DNA from: an uncultured Mycoplasmatota bacterium | Lineage (GTDB): Bacteria; Bacillota_I; Bacilli_A; RF39; UBA660 | Reading direction: 5' to 3' | Length of the DNA stretch: 36,970 nt | Assembly: GCA_948437815.1 (NCBI GenBank) | Contig: CAOJKG010000001.1 | Span: forward strand, 1 to 36,970 | Shown here: one piece after another, positions 8,980-16,391 of the stretch | Layout: each line of letters opens with the position of its first letter | Position numbering within the stretch: the stretch's first letter is position 1 | The notes under the pieces: model-generated | Databases searched by the model: none | What the model saw: only the letters and a program-made list of their open reading frames with translations | What the model was told of the DNA's origin: nothing | Made by a program: the position numbers and the translations under genes

Positions 8980-9393
8980 ATGCAAAGTTCATATTGGGGT
9001 TATTGGTTAGTTTTAATGGGTGTTGCAATAGTAGGGCTTATGGTTTCTGTTAATGGTCTTACTACCACCTCTACTCAAGATCATTATGCAGTAAAAGAAA
9101 TAGTTGAAGCTTCAATGTTGGAGTCTGTTGATTATGGTTATTATAGAGATTACAATGAAGTTAAAATGAATAAAGAGAAATTTATGGAAGTATTTACAAG
9201 AATGTTAGCAGAAAATATGAGTTCAACAGATACTTATGAAATAAATTTTTATGAAATGTATGAAGCTCCACCTAAAGTTAGTGTAGAAGTAAAGAGTCAT
9301 AGTGGAACTAATTTTATTTCTACTTCTGACTATGATGTTACTACTAGAGTAGATGCAATAATTCAAATTCATGCTGAAGAAATTGGCAGATAA
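8980..9393 (+). CDS. Small N-terminally anchored protein (pseudopilin-sized, 137 aa), no recognised family
   Basis: SD GAGGAGGA lies 8 nt upstream. The N-terminus MQSSYWGYWLVLMGVAIVGLMVSV forms a single hydrophobic helix. The rest is hydrophilic with mixed secondary-structure character. There is no G/xxxxE prepilin motif. Confidence 0.6.
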   Translation: MQSSYWGYWLVLMGVAIVGLMVSVNGLTTTSTQDHYAVKEIVEASMLESVDYGYYRDYNEVKMNKEKFMEVFTRMLAENMSSTDTYEINFYEMYEAPPKVSVEVKSHSGTNFISTSDYDVTTRVDAIIQIHAEEIGR

Positions 9394-9404
9394 AGGAGGA
9401 TAAA

Positions 9405-10232
9405 ATGGGAAATATTGTAACAACATTTAAAAGATTCTTTTCGAATAAAAATACTGTTACTATACTTGGTGTGTTACTTGGTTTAATTGTACTTTATGTG
9501 GGGTACAATTATCGTGTTAAGACTGCAGTTAGTACAATAAATGTTCCTGTAGCTAAAAAGACAATATATGGTAGAACAGTTATTACTAGTGATTTAATCA
9601 CACAAACTGAAGTTTTATCTAGTATGGTTACTGGTAAAAATAATACGATTATTAGAAGTAACTCTAATTTAATTAGTGCTAATGATCCTTTTTGCGTAGC
9701 AGTTAATACTAGTATACCTGCAGGAGGATTCTTTCATACAGAACAAGTTGTAAAATGTGGTACTGTAAATGGAAATTATTTAAAAAACATGCCTGACGGA
9801 TATAGTCCTGTAAGTATTCCTGTAGATATTCATAAAACTTATGGTAATTCAATGTTACCAGGAGATTATATAGATTTATATGCGAGAATGACTAGTAGTG
9901 ATGGAAAGTTAATATTTGCTAAATTGGTTAGTAAGTTACCAATTATGGCAGTTGTAGATGGTAAAGGGCAAAGTGTTTTTGGAGGAGTTACTGTAGGTAC
10001 TCCTGCTGAATTACAGTTTGCTTGTCCTAATGTTCAAGATGGCATTAATTTGTTTATGCTTTTGACTAAAGCAATTTTATTAGGAGAGTCTAAAGTTGAA
10101 TTAATACCTATGCCTGGTAATGCAACTTATACATCTACTCCAGGTGAAACTAAGGTAGATAGTAATTATATGATGAATTTAATACTTTCATATACTCAAG
10201 ATGTTCCTGATGAATCTGTACCACAACAATAA
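9405..10232 (+). CDS. CpaB/RcpC-like Flp-pilus assembly protein (SAF domain plus RcpC-like domain)
   Basis: SD AAGGAGGA precedes the start. There is an N-terminal TM segment (VTILGVLLGLIVLYVGY). A SAF-like segment follows (INVPVAKKTIYGRTVITSDLITQTEV). A CpaB-like core is present (SPVSIPVDIHKTYGNSMLPGDYIDLYA). The gene sits immediately upstream of the secretion ATPase, as in Tad loci. Confidence 0.6.
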   Translation: MGNIVTTFKRFFSNKNTVTILGVLLGLIVLYVGYNYRVKTAVSTINVPVAKKTIYGRTVITSDLITQTEVLSSMVTGKNNTIIRSNSNLISANDPFCVAVNTSIPAGGFFHTEQVVKCGTVNGNYLKNMPDGYSPVSIPVDIHKTYGNSMLPGDYIDLYARMTSSDGKLIFAKLVSKLPIMAVVDGKGQSVFGGVTVGTPAELQFACPNVQDGINLFMLLTKAILLGESKVELIPMPGNATYTSTPGETKVDSNYMMNLILSYTQDVPDESVPQQ

Positions 10233-10272
10233 AAAAGAATAATAAAGAATAAAATAAAGGAGGTGACATATT

Positions 10273-11361
10273 TTGAATGATGCAATATTTTCTCAAATTG
10301 ATTTTGGGCCTATAAAAGAGTTTTTAGACATCGATGATATAACCGATATTTCCTATACTAATGGAGGACAGTTGTGGTTAAAATCTTTATCTAAAGGTGT
10401 TTATAGGGTGGAAAGACCAGACATTAATAATGCCTTAATTGAAAAATTGGCATTTCAATGTTCAAATGTTATGGGAAAAACATTCAATATGGCACATCCT
10501 TTTTTAGATGCTGAAAGTACTGAATTACGTCTTAACTTTGTTCATGATTCAATTGCAACTAATGGAGTTGCCTTAGTTATACGTAAAACTCCTGCAAAAA
10601 TTCGTTTGAATAGAGAAAAATTGTTGAATGAAGAATATGTAAGCGCTGATTTACTTGATTTCTTACTTAATTGTGTTCAAGGACATGCTAATATTATAGT
10701 TAGTGGGGAAACTGGTTCAGGAAAAACTGAGTTAGTTAAATATCTTGCTAGTACAACTAAAGAAAATGAGAAAATTATTACAATAGAAGATACTTTAGAG
10801 TTGCACTTAGATAGAATATTTCCGCATCGTGATATAGTAGCAATGAAAACCAATAACATAGCTTCTTATTCAGAAGTGTTAGTTACTTGTATGAGACAGA
10901 ATCCAATATGGATATTATTATCTGAGGTTCGTAGTGCAGAAGCTGTTATGGCTGTTCGTAACTCTATATCTTCTGGTCACCATATAATCTCAACTATTCA
11001 CTCTGATAAAGCAGCTTTGATTCCAATGCGTATGTATAGTTTGATTGAGTCTAATATTGATGTAGAACAATTTGTAACGACAATTCATAGATATGTTCAA
11101 ATAGGTATATATGTAAAGGGATATATGAGTGAGAAACTAGGAAGATTCCAACGTGAGATTATGGAAATTTGTGAGTTTTATGTTGATGAAAATAATAAGC
11201 CACAAGTTAATACTATTTTTCAGAAGACTTTAGATGGTAGATTTACTCTTAATAATCCTACGAAATATTTAAGAAATTATTTGGCAGTTCAAGGGGTTAA
11301 GTTAGAAGAAGATTTATTTCATTTAGGAAATAAAGAACAAGAATTAATTGAAACATTGTAA
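10273..11361 (+). CDS. Secretion ATPase of the TadA/CpaF/VirB11 branch (T2SSE superfamily)
   Basis: TTG start at 10273, about 9 nt after the SD AAGGAGGTGA. Motifs: Walker A GETGSGKT (nt 10705-10728), Asp box ITIEDTLEL, Walker B WILLSEVR, His box GHHIISTIHS. There is no tetracysteine Zn motif, so it is not GspE/PilB-like. Confidence 0.8.
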   Translation: MNDAIFSQIDFGPIKEFLDIDDITDISYTNGGQLWLKSLSKGVYRVERPDINNALIEKLAFQCSNVMGKTFNMAHPFLDAESTELRLNFVHDSIATNGVALVIRKTPAKIRLNREKLLNEEYVSADLLDFLLNCVQGHANIIVSGETGSGKTELVKYLASTTKENEKIITIEDTLELHLDRIFPHRDIVAMKTNNIASYSEVLVTCMRQNPIWILLSEVRSAEAVMAVRNSISSGHHIISTIHSDKAALIPMRMYSLIESNIDVEQFVTTIHRYVQIGIYVKGYMSEKLGRFQREIMEICEFYVDENNKPQVNTIFQKTLDGRFTLNNPTKYLRNYLAVQGVKLEEDLFHLGNKEQELIETL

Positions 11362-11375
11362 AAGGAGGAAGTGAA

Positions 11376-12272
11376 ATGGAGTTAGTTATTTGGTTCGTAA
11401 TAGCTTTATTTGTAATCATTTATCGAAAAAATGATGGCACTGAAACTTTTTATAATTTTTTTAAATCACAATTTGGTAAAATTTATGCTAAATATGCACC
11501 TTATAGTTTCCAAACTATAAGTGCTAAAATGAAAGATCTAAAACAAAATTATACTATGAAAGATTATGTGGTTCAAATAGTAATATTAGGTGGATTTGCT
11601 GGAGGAGTGGCATTTTTATACTTTTATAATTTTATTATGGTAGCGATTTATGGAGGACTTGCTATTGCATTTGTTCCTTATCTAGCATGGCTTAGAAGTA
11701 AAAGAATATATAGTGAATATATATTTGAGCAAATTCAAGTTTATACTACTAACGTAATTATGGAGTTTAATACGACACAGAGTTTTGTTAAATCTTTAGA
11801 AGGTGTTAGAGATTCAGGAATACTCGAAGATCCTGTTTTGGAAGATTTGAAAGTTATGATTAATATGTCTTATCAAAATGGTACAATTGACGAATCAATT
11901 GAATATTTTAATGAAAAATATCCTTATTATATGGTAAAGAATATGCATCAATTATTCTTACAAATTACTAAGGAAGGTGCTAAAGATTCAGGAGAAGCTT
12001 TAGAAAATATGAGTATGGATATAGATGCTTTAGTTGAAGGTGTTTATCGTGATCAAATGGATCGTAAGCAATTTCATACTAAATTTATTACTTTTGCATG
12101 TGTATTATTTTTACTCGTTATGGTAATGCAGGTTTTACTTGGTAGAAAGAATTATATGTTACTTTTAGATTTATGGTATGCTCATATAGTATTACATGCC
12201 ATAATAATTATTAATAGTTATTTCTTACTCACAGGAGAAAAATATTATAATGATGATGTGGGGGTAGAGTAA
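11376..12272 (+). CDS. TadB-like inner-membrane platform protein (T2SSF-like topology)
   Basis: SD AAGGAGGAAG precedes the start. The topology is an N-terminal TM segment, a TM pair (IVILGGFAGGVAFLYFYNFIMVAIYGGLAIAFVPYLAW), a helical cytoplasmic domain of ~130 aa, and C-terminal TM segments. The gene directly follows the ATPase. The assignment rests on topology and position more than on recognisable motifs. Confidence 0.5.
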   Translation: MELVIWFVIALFVIIYRKNDGTETFYNFFKSQFGKIYAKYAPYSFQTISAKMKDLKQNYTMKDYVVQIVILGGFAGGVAFLYFYNFIMVAIYGGLAIAFVPYLAWLRSKRIYSEYIFEQIQVYTTNVIMEFNTTQSFVKSLEGVRDSGILEDPVLEDLKVMINMSYQNGTIDESIEYFNEKYPYYMVKNMHQLFLQITKEGAKDSGEALENMSMDIDALVEGVYRDQMDRKQFHTKFITFACVLFLLVMVMQVLLGRKNYMLLLDLWYAHIVLHAIIIINSYFLLTGEKYYNDDVGVE

Positions 12273-13066
12273 TGCAAATAGAGTTAGCGATAGTAGCAAT
12301 TATTGTTTTTTATATTTTATCTAAAAGTGGCAGAATAAGCATAAGCAAGTTAATTGCCGATAATGAAATGTATTTTAGAAGATTAAAAGAAAGTGATTAT
12401 GAATTTTATGTAAAAGCTAAGTATGGAGATTCAGTAAATGCAGATATATTATTCAATAAAAGGTTACAAAATTCTTTGATTGTAATGCTGGTAGTCTTTT
12501 GTTTACTTCTAAAAAATATGTCTTATTTGTACTTTATTGTTGTTTTGATCGTAGGTTTTGCCTTCTTTAAATTAGATTATATGAATTTGAAAGGGTATTA
12601 TAAAAAACATTTACATGAGATAGATACAATGCTTCCTTATTACTTAAAGGGACTAGAAATATTAATTCAACACTATACAGTTCCAGTAGCAATAGGAAAA
12701 TCACTTGATGATGCACCAGATATATTTAAAGATGGTCTAAAAGAATTAATAAATAAAATAAATGCTGGAGATGACACGATTGAACCTTATATGGATTTTG
12801 CAAGACAGTATCCTGTTAGAGATTCCATGCGTATGATGCGTTTACTTTATCGTCTTAGTTTGGGTAGACAAGAGCGTAAACAAGAGCAATTAATAGCGTT
12901 TTCTAAAACTATTTCAAATCTACAACAAAAAGCAAGAGAAACTAAATATAAAAATCGTTTGGATAAAATGGAGTCTAAAACTATGAGTATGCTTATTGCA
13001 ACAGGTGTAGGTGTAATGGTATTACTTATTATATCAGTATTAATATTAATGAATGCGAGTGGTTAA
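12272..13066 (+). CDS. TadC-like inner-membrane platform protein (T2SSF domain)
   Basis: The start overlaps the previous stop (TAATG at 12270-12274). The cytoplasmic segment LPYYLKGLEILIQHYTVPVAIGKSLDDAPDIFKDGLKELINKINAGDD...FARQYP has the GspF/TadC-like pattern. TM segments flank it (LIVMLVVFCLLL..., MSMLIATGVGVMVLLIISVLILM). Confidence 0.55.
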   Translation: MQIELAIVAIIVFYILSKSGRISISKLIADNEMYFRRLKESDYEFYVKAKYGDSVNADILFNKRLQNSLIVMLVVFCLLLKNMSYLYFIVVLIVGFAFFKLDYMNLKGYYKKHLHEIDTMLPYYLKGLEILIQHYTVPVAIGKSLDDAPDIFKDGLKELINKINAGDDTIEPYMDFARQYPVRDSMRMMRLLYRLSLGRQERKQEQLIAFSKTISNLQQKARETKYKNRLDKMESKTMSMLIATGVGVMVLLIISVLILMNASG

Positions 13067-13095
13067 CAATTTTTTACATAATTTAGGTTAATAAC

Positions 13096-13124
13096 TTGAC
13101 ATTTAACGTAGATTTAGATAAAAT
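13096..13124 (+). promoter_or_regulatory. Internal sigma-A type promoter dedicated to the last gene of the Tad-like cluster
   Basis: TTGACA (13096-13101), a 17-nt spacer, then TAAAAT (13119-13124). It lies in the only sizeable intergenic gap of the cluster (13067-13148). Confidence 0.6.
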
Positions 13125-13154
13125 TAATATAGATAAGAAAGCGAGGAAATGTGT

Positions 13155-13571
13155 ATGTTAACAATGGCACCATCAGTTTGTTCTGATTTATGGGGAGTAT
13201 GGCAAATCTTAGGTTGGGTTTTAATGGTATTTAAAATAGTTATTCCAATTTTAATAATTTTATTTGGTATGATAGATTTAGGAAAAGCTGTAGTAGCAAG
13301 TAAAGATGATGAAATTAAGAAAGCTATTAAATCTCTTGCTATGAGAGCTGTAGCAGGTATTGTTATATTCTTTATTCCAACTTTAGTTGCAACTATCTTC
13401 AAGTTAGTAGATGGCTTCCAAGAAGTTAAAGGCGAGTATGATGTATGTGCTACATGTATTAGTAGTCCTGGTAAGTGTCAAACTACTGCTGAATCTCATT
13501 GTACTAGTCATAGTGGCACTTGGAACAAAGATACTGGTTGTAGTGGCTTCCAAGCAACAAAAACTGAATAA
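13155..13571 (+). CDS. Small two-TM hairpin membrane protein with a Cys-rich C-terminal tail (VirB2/TrbC-like topology; candidate unconventional filament subunit)
   Basis: ORF 13149..13571 has ATG codons at 13149 and 13155, and I prefer 13155 because it is 7 nt after GAGGA. TM1 is WQILGWVLMVFKIVIPILIILFGMI. The charged loop is DLGKAVVASKDDEIKKAIKSLAMR. TM2 is AVAGIVIFFIPTLVATIFKLV. The 48-aa tail contains 5 Cys (VCATCISSPGKCQTTAESHCTSHSGTWNKDTGC). Confidence 0.6.
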   Translation: MLTMAPSVCSDLWGVWQILGWVLMVFKIVIPILIILFGMIDLGKAVVASKDDEIKKAIKSLAMRAVAGIVIFFIPTLVATIFKLVDGFQEVKGEYDVCATCISSPGKCQTTAESHCTSHSGTWNKDTGCSGFQATKTE

Positions 13572-13574
13572 TAA

Positions 13575-13601
13575 GAATTCCGATTTTGGAATTTTTTTTT
13601 G
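13575..13601 (+). terminator. Rho-independent terminator ending the Tad-like cluster
   Basis: GAATTCC (13575-13581) pairs with GGAATTT (13588-13594) across loop GATTTT, followed by a run of nine or more T. Confidence 0.7.
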
Positions 13602-13831
13602 AATTTGATGTATGTTATATTATGAATATAACTTGGCCTTTAAGTTATAGGGGTTAATTGTTTTTAGGTGGTGTGAGCAATAAGTGTTCCTAATAAAAGA
13701 TAAGATATTAATTGAATTGATTTTTTTGATAAAATAAAGGAAATTATATTAAAATAATTGAAAGAGGAGGTTTAAAAATTAATAATTTGAGCGTTTTTTG
13801 TGATTTTTGATTATTTTTAGTTATAAAATTA

Positions 13832-13860
13832 TTGACTTTTGGCATAATATTTTATATACT
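13832..13860 (+). promoter_or_regulatory. Sigma-A type promoter of tRNA-Asn
   Basis: TTGACT (13832-13837), a 17-nt spacer, then TATACT (13855-13860). The mature tRNA 5' end is 12 nt downstream. Confidence 0.65.
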
Positions 13861-13871
13861 TTAGTAGTACT

Positions 13872-13947
13872 GCTCGTTTAGCTCAGTCGGTAGAGCGCAC
13901 GGCTGTTAACCGTTAGGTCGTAGGTTCGAGTCCTACAACGAGCGCCA
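13872..13947 (+). tRNA. tRNA-Asn (anticodon GTT), CCA encoded
   Basis: I folded a 76-nt cloverleaf by hand. The acceptor stem is GCTCGTT/AACGAGC (7 Watson-Crick pairs). The D arm is GCTC-AGTCGGTA-GAGC. The anticodon loop is CTGTTAA with GTT at 13905-13907, and there is one C-T mismatch at position 27:43. The T arm is GTAGG-TTCGAGT-CCTAC. The discriminator is G, followed by CCA. Confidence 0.92.
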
Positions 13948-13958
13948 TTTGAATTATT

Positions 13959-13982
13959 AAGTCTAGTTTCTAGACTTTTTTC
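13959..13982 (+). terminator. Rho-independent terminator after tRNA-Asn
   Basis: AAGTCTAG (13959-13966) pairs with CTAGACTT (13970-13977), followed by a T-run. Confidence 0.7.
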
Positions 13983-14048
13983 TTTTTCTTAAAAAAGCTA
14001 TTAATATAGATAAAATATATGTTAAAATAGTAGAAGAAGGAATTTATT

Positions 14049-16391
14049 ATGAATAAAGAAGTTAAAATAATTATTACTAGCAATAGTAATAAAAAATATA
14101 TATTAAAAAAGTTAAGTGATAATAAAAAAATTTATAATTTAAAGTTTTTTACTTTTTTAGAATTAAAAAAGAAATTGTTTTTTGATTATGATGTAAAAAC
14201 TTTAGAATATGTTATGCTTAATTATAAAGTAAGTTTAGATATTGCTAAAATGTATTTAGATAATTTGTATTATTTAAAAGAGTCTAAAAGTGGTAAATTA
14301 AAGTTTTTAAATGAATTAAAAAGAGAATTGGATGATAAAGATTTATTAATATATGATAAAAGTTTTAAAGATTTTATAAATAGTAAAGAAATAATCTTGT
14401 ATGATTTTAATTATTTAAGTAAAGAACAAAAAATAATATTAAATGAGCTTTCTAATGTTAAAGAGTATATTAGTGAAAATATAAAATATAAACCTTTAGT
14501 ATTTGAACTTTCTAATTTAAAAGAAGAAATATTATATGTTATTAATAGAATTAGTAAACTATATTTAGATGGAGTACTTTTAAATAAAATAAAAGTTATT
14601 ATACCAGATAATTATACTAATTATTTAAATTATTATAGCTCAATATTTAAAATTCCTATTAATATAAAAAGTAAACATAGCTTTTATAGTACTTTGGTAG
14701 CTCAAGATTTTTTAAAATATTATGATAATTATACATTAAAAGATAATATAGAGATATTAAAAGATTATTCTAATATTAATGATTTAATAGAGATAATAAA
14801 TAAATCAGTTTTAGTGGAAGATAAAAGAAAAGATTTTATTATTCATGATTTAAAAAATACTAAAGTTAAAACTAATAATTATAAAAATGCCGTTCAGGTT
14901 TGTAATTTAAATGACTATTTTGATAGTTCAGATTATGTTTTCTTATTGGGCTTTCATATTGGTAACTATCCAAAAATATTTAAAGATGATGCATATTTAA
15001 GTGATAAAGAATTAAATATTTTAGGCTTAGATACTAGTGTTGAAAAAAATAGATTAGAAAAAAATAAAGTTATAGAAAAACTAGTCTCTATTAAAAATTT
15101 AGTTATAACTTGTAGTAAAAGTGATGATAAGACTATTTTTCCATCTCTTTTAATAGAAGAAATGAATTTAGAAGTAAAAGAGATAGAAAATGATGCCAGT
15201 GTATCTTTTTCTCTACTCAATACTAAACTGCAATATGCTAGTGATTTAGATGATTTATATAAGTTTAATATCGTTAGTGATGATTTGAATTTATATAAAA
15301 ATAGTAAGCTTAATTTAAACTATTTAAGCTATGACAATAAGTTTTCAGGTATAAATGAAGAATTATTAAAATCAAGAATAGGGAATGAATTAATACTTTC
15401 TTATACTAATTTAGAAATGTATAATGAATGTGCTTTTAAATATTATTTAAGTAAAATTCTTAAAATAAATTCTTTTCAAGATAGCTTTAAAATGCAACTT
15501 GGTAATATTGCACATCATATATTAGAGCTAGGTTTAAAAAAAGATATTAATATAGCAGTAGAAATAATGAATTTTGTTAAGACGGAAGGTTATGAATTAA
15601 AAGCTAAAGAATACTTTTATTTAGATAAGTTAAGTGATGAATTAACATTTATTTTAAATTATTTAAAAGAACAAGAAAATAATTCTAGTTTAAATAATTA
15701 TTTGTTTGAATGTAATCTAAATGTTTACTTAGATAATGATAAATCCAATGTGACTATGAGTGGTAAAATTGATAAAGTAATGTATACTACAAAGGATGAT
15801 AAAGAAATACTAGCGGTTGTAGATTACAAAACAGGTAATACAACTATTGCTTTAGATAATTTAAAATATGGACTTGATATGCAACTTCCAATATATCTTT
15901 ATTTACTTAAAAAATCAGATAGATTTAAAGATGCTATTATTGCAGGTTTTTATATTGAAAAGATTATAAGTAGTATTCCTAATATAGATAAAAGAAAAAG
16001 CTTGAAGGAATTAAAAGAAGAAAACTTAAGGTTGCAAGGATATAGTAATTCTTCAGCGACAATATTAGAGCTTTTGGATAATAATTATACTGATAGTAAA
16101 ATGATTAAAGGTTTAAGATTTAAGAATGATGGTAATTTTTATAATACTGCTAAAGTTTTAGATAATAGTGAAATGGATAAACTCACTACTATTGTAGAAG
16201 ATAAAATAAATGAGTGTACTGATAATATTTTAGATGGAAATTTTGTAATTAATCCTAAAGTATTAAAAGGTAAGAATAGATCTTGCGAATATTGTAATTT
16301 TAAAGATATATGCTTTATGACTAAAAAAGATGAAGTTATATTAGGAGGTGATGATGATGAATTTTACGACGGAACAGACAGAAGCGATTAA
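14049..16391 (+). CDS. addB: Helicase-nuclease complex subunit B (AddB/RexB), compact form
   Basis: The C-terminal PD-(D/E)XK nuclease has the AddB-type Fe-S cysteines (NECAFKYY ... VVDYKTG ... RSCEYCNFKDIC). The gene lies directly upstream of addA and overlaps it. It is 780 aa with no Walker A motif at the N-terminus. Confidence 0.8.
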   Translation: MNKEVKIIITSNSNKKYILKKLSDNKKIYNLKFFTFLELKKKLFFDYDVKTLEYVMLNYKVSLDIAKMYLDNLYYLKESKSGKLKFLNELKRELDDKDLLIYDKSFKDFINSKEIILYDFNYLSKEQKIILNELSNVKEYISENIKYKPLVFELSNLKEEILYVINRISKLYLDGVLLNKIKVIIPDNYTNYLNYYSSIFKIPINIKSKHSFYSTLVAQDFLKYYDNYTLKDNIEILKDYSNINDLIEIINKSVLVEDKRKDFIIHDLKNTKVKTNNYKNAVQVCNLNDYFDSSDYVFLLGFHIGNYPKIFKDDAYLSDKELNILGLDTSVEKNRLEKNKVIEKLVSIKNLVITCSKSDDKTIFPSLLIEEMNLEVKEIENDASVSFSLLNTKLQYASDLDDLYKFNIVSDDLNLYKNSKLNLNYLSYDNKFSGINEELLKSRIGNELILSYTNLEMYNECAFKYYLSKILKINSFQDSFKMQLGNIAHHILELGLKKDINIAVEIMNFVKTEGYELKAKEYFYLDKLSDELTFILNYLKEQENNSSLNNYLFECNLNVYLDNDKSNVTMSGKIDKVMYTTKDDKEILAVVDYKTGNTTIALDNLKYGLDMQLPIYLYLLKKSDRFKDAIIAGFYIEKIISSIPNIDKRKSLKELKEENLRLQGYSNSSATILELLDNNYTDSKMIKGLRFKNDGNFYNTAKVLDNSEMDKLTTIVEDKINECTDNILDGNFVINPKVLKGKNRSCEYCNFKDICFMTKKDEVILGGDDDEFYDGTDRSD

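Noticed and set aside
13411-13602. A 63-aa ORF overlapping the 3' half of the two-TM protein gene in another frame.
   Set aside because: There is no SD. It is entirely nested in and overlapping a better-supported ORF, and its hydrophobic translation is a frame artefact.
13763-13810. A strong orphan Shine-Dalgarno sequence (AGAGGAGG 13763-13770) in the 230-nt spacer before tRNA-Asn, followed only by a mini-ORF of ~10 codons (ATT/TTG...TGA at 13808-13810).
   Set aside because: There is no ATG or GTG at proper spacing, the ORF is tiny, and there is no downstream protein gene to regulate. It is most likely chance or a relic.
4473-13947. The idea that the Tad-like cluster is a genomic island integrated at the adjacent tRNA-Asn.
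   Set aside because: There is no integrase or recombinase. I found no direct repeat of the tRNA 3' end at the far boundary (around 4435-4520). Composition is similar to lysS and other housekeeping genes.
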